From Chromera velia (Eukaryota): a stretch of DNA of 64,000 nt. The position numbers were made by a program, and so were the translations under genes. The stretch is from assembly GCA_018398765.1 (NCBI GenBank), contig JAHBMJ010000299.1, forward strand, positions 1 through 64,000. The letters are read 5' to 3'. Below, piece by piece: positions 60,588 to 64,000 of this stretch. The notes under the pieces were generated by a model. That model saw only the letters and a program-made list of their open reading frames with translations. It ran no database searches and had not been told where the DNA came from. Position 1 is the first letter of the stretch, and every line of letters begins with the position of its first letter.

Positions 60588-63500
60588 ATGCAAAGAGCAC
60601 CGCCGGCTCCTCCCTTCGCGCGAGGACCGCCTGGTGGAAGTGGTGGTCCTCTGATGCCCCCCCCAGGAATGGGTATGGGAAGGGGGGGCATGAACATGCC
60701 CATGGGGGGCCCTCCCGGAATTGGGGGTATGGGAATGGGAAGAGGTAGGTGAGGAACTGAGCAAGGGTTGAAGTTTGTTGCGTTTTCTCCGGTGTTTTCA
60801 CTTCTCCCAGTTTCTCTTTCTTCTTCGCTCTTTCTGGTGCTCGGCTTTTCATCGCTTATTCATTTGCGGAATGCTAAGCGTGCGGGTGACCTTCTTGATA
60901 CCCATCGTTCTCTGGAATGCTTGCCTGTCGCCCCGTCCGTTCGTGTGTGTGCAGGGATGCCCATGCCTCCCATGGGTATGGGGGGGCCGAACACGGTTGG
61001 TTTATTTCTCTCCCCCGCGCCTTGCACTCGTTGTCCCTCTTTCTGATTCCTCTCGTGCCTCCCCGCGCGTTCTCTCTTTCGTGCCCTCCATGCACCCCTG
61101 CAAAGTGGACGCTGAACACATTTCGTCCCTGCCGCCAAGACCTCTTCTATCTTCACGTCATAGCTCGGATGTGCTCGTCCATAAATGTTGCCAACTCTTC
61201 TTGGTCTTCGTCTCGCTGACCTTCCGTTTTGATCTGCACACACCTTTTCTTACTTACGCCTTTCTCACCCTGTCCTTTTTTCTCTAAGTGTCGATGTATG
61301 AGTGTACGACGTGCTGCTTTCCTTTTTTTTCCATCTGCAGATGATGCAACAACCCATGGGAGGAATGGGCGGAATGCAGCCAGGCCCGATGGGGGCACCC
61401 CCCCGGCCAATGCAGCCCATGCCGCTCCCCCCCATGCAGCAGCAACCCCTCACCCGCATGCCCGCCACAGCACCTCCCTCAGTGCTCCAAGGCCCAAGTA
61501 TTCTCGCTGCACCTTCAGCCAACGGCGCAGGGCCGGGGCCCTCTCGCCTGCCCATGGTGATGGGCTCCGGAGGGGCTCTTGCCGGGGCCTCTGGCACCCG
61601 ATATGACCGGGACGGCCACGAGATCCCTGAGAACTCGACAACGGTTTTTGTGGGGAAGCTGGACGTCGTCGTGGAAAACGATTTCATCGAGGGACTGATG
61701 GAGGTCAGCAGTCGGTCTCCGGGACTTCGTTGGCACCAGGGCTCCCTGCATATCCGAGTGAATAAATACCTTTGTGCTCTCTCTCGTTCGCTCACTCTTG
61801 CTGATTCTGCCCGTCATTCTTTGTGCGACCGAAAAAGACGGCTCAGCGATCAGAGTGGGTCTCGTCAGAACGCAGAAGAAAATAGATCGATGCGTGTGTC
61901 CTCCATTGTGCAGTGCTGTGGCGCTGTGGTGAAATGGACCCGGAAGCGGAACCCCTCAAGCGGGAAGGCGATGGCGTTCGGGTTCTGCGAGTTTGAGGCT
62001 TGTGAGTCTGTCACGAAGGCCATTAGAGCAGTGAACGGCAAGAAGATTGCGGGAAAGGAACTTTTGGTAAGTCGGGGAAGGAAAATGTGTGAATGAACAT
62101 CTGTTGGTTTTCAATGATATAGTCGAGCTACAGATTAGTCGTGAAGTGGAGTTTCAGGTGATATGCGTTAACTATGGCACCCTGCCTGACTCCCTCTCTT
62201 AGCTCTTGGCGATCTTCCAACAAAAGTTTCATTCACGTTTTAATGACGCTTCGCTTTCCCTCTCGGCCGCTCCCTGTACACGATCCCCTCCTTCGCTTCT
62301 TCTTGTCTCTGTCTCAGGTAAAGGCGGAAGATAAGGTGAAGGAGTATGCTCTGCACTGGGTTGAAATGAGACGCACCGAGGTGAGTGTGCGTTGGCGATT
62401 GTGTGGGGGGGATGGGGGGGAGGAGGACTGCGCACGTGTTTTGCATTTCAAGGTGTGGGACGGCAGCTAAGGCAATGCGGGTTTTCCCCTTCCATTTGTT
62501 CAACGAAAAAACAGACAGCATCGTGGAAGCGGTTGAGGCGGACAGAAGAAGAGAAATCTCCGATCACGCTCCTGATCACGACACAAGGCATGCAATTTCG
62601 TCACTACATGCCTGACTCTCCCCTTCTGTCTTTCTATGTGCTGCATGCAGCGGGCGCGTCTGATCGTGACTGCCGCGATGCAAATCCTGACAGACCCTGC
62701 GGCTCCTCAAACGAAAGAAGAGAAAGCCGATCTGCTTGCAGTGTGTGTGGACACGGTCCGAAAAGGAAAAATCTGGGTGATGCCGAGAGCATCGCCCAAG
62801 CATGCGGAGGGTGCGGGTGAAGACGGTGCAGCAGCTGCAGAAGGGCAGAAGGACGAAGAAATGCCTCCCGCGTTTCCGATTCCTGAGGCAAACGGAGTGA
62901 ATGGAGAAGCAGGGGGGGCATCGGGAACTGCGGAGAAAGTTTCTGGTGTCGTTCCTGAAAAGGAGGCGAAGGAGCAAAAGGAAAAGGAGGAGGCGGATAA
63001 GGCAAAAGACTCGGAGGGTGTGTGGCTGAAGTTTTTGGGGGTTGCGGAAAAGTACAAGGCCCTCAAACCAGCGGCTCCTGGTCTCCTTCCTGGAAGCACT
63101 GGGGGGCAGCCTCACGAAGATCTGATCAAATGGGTCCAGGAGGTTGGTACGTGCGTCTTTCATTTTGTGGTTGGGTCTGTGCATCTTTCATTTTGTGGGT
63201 GGGACGCAGGTAGTCGTCCTGTCGTTCGTGACTGTCTGTTTCTTACTCTCGAAGATTCTCTGTTTTGTTTGTTCTGTTTTCCAGGAAGAGAGAAGTATGA
63301 AGGGAGTTACAACGGAGATGCTCTCTTCATGAATCATGTGCAAAAAGATTCTCTTCCTTACTTTCAGATAGATATGTCAGGTCATTTTGAGTCTGTGACG
63401 AGACATGAACCTCGTATCTTTTTCGTCCCCGGCGCTTTCGGCACGGTTGGTTGATTTCGGCTCCCCTTTTCCATTTGTTCGTAAGTCTGTCTGCCTGTCT

Positions 63501-64000
63501 CTTTCTGTCTAACTCGCTCTCGCTCGCTCTTTCTCGTTCGTGCGTAGTCTGCGTGTGTGCGTGTGGGTGTTTGTCCGTTGATTGGTTATGTATTGATACT
63601 AATCTGCTTCCACCCATGCCTGCGTGCAGCAATTGAAGGATGACTTCGAGAGGGAGCTCCTCAACTGTGAAGCCTCTGTACAGGTAGGGGNGCGAAAAAG
63701 AGGGACAGCGGAAAGTAGTGTTTTTTTTTTTTTTTTAGTGCATCTCCTTGTCTTCATGCCCATCCTTTCCGTCAACAATTCGGCGAAAAAGTTTCCGTTG
63801 AAGGTTTTTTTTCTTCTCTCTCTTTTTTTCTCCCTTTCCTTTTTAGTATTTGACTCTCTGTGCTTTGCTCTGTGACTTGAGATGTGTCCAATTCCTGCTC
63901 TATTCTCATCCGTACTTCTGTTCTGCGCGGTCAACCATTTCTTTCGTGCAGACATTCCTTACCCGCAATGCTGAGAGAAACGACAAATACACGAAGATGG
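60588..64000 (+). CDS. RBM25: RBM25/Snu71-like RNA-binding splicing factor (Pro/Met/Gly-rich N-terminus plus RRM); partial, continues beyond the window
   Basis: Exons at about 60588-60743, 60955-60994, 61341-61703, 61914-62066, 62318-62380, 62651-63142 and 63629-63683. The RRM reads TTVFVGKL..CGAVVKWTRKRNPSSGKAMAFGFCEFE..AIRAVNGKKIAGKELL|VK, which is the RBM25 pattern. Confidence 0.85.

Overview
This is eukaryotic, intron-rich genomic DNA with microsatellite-filled introns and AT-rich intergenic islands. A nuclear psbU with a bipartite plastid-targeting presequence, together with TGCATGCA-rich promoters, points to a photosynthetic alveolate with a red secondary plastid (Chromera-like; inference). 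The genes read from the sequence, in order, are: a partial secreted Cys-rich protein, a decayed CMGC-type kinase, an unknown 3-exon gene, an acidic/helical repeat protein, an intronless SDR42E1-like 3-beta-HSD, an F-box-like/RCC1 protein, a HET-domain (TIR-like) protein, a large multi-TM class-3 lipase, psbU, and the 5' part of RBM25. There are three non-autonomous terminal-inverted-repeat (TIR) elements: a 3.55-kb element with a 6-bp target-site duplication (TSD) whose 269-bp palindrome sits at its exact midpoint, a hAT-like MITE with an 8-bp TSD, and a TA-targeting MITE. The most unexpected signal is about 17 scars of the form X(8-9)-CTAG-X(8-9), a short direct duplication around CTAG. I found them only in non-coding or decayed DNA, and they look like excision footprints of an unidentified DNA transposon. 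All exon structures were read by eye and are approximate.
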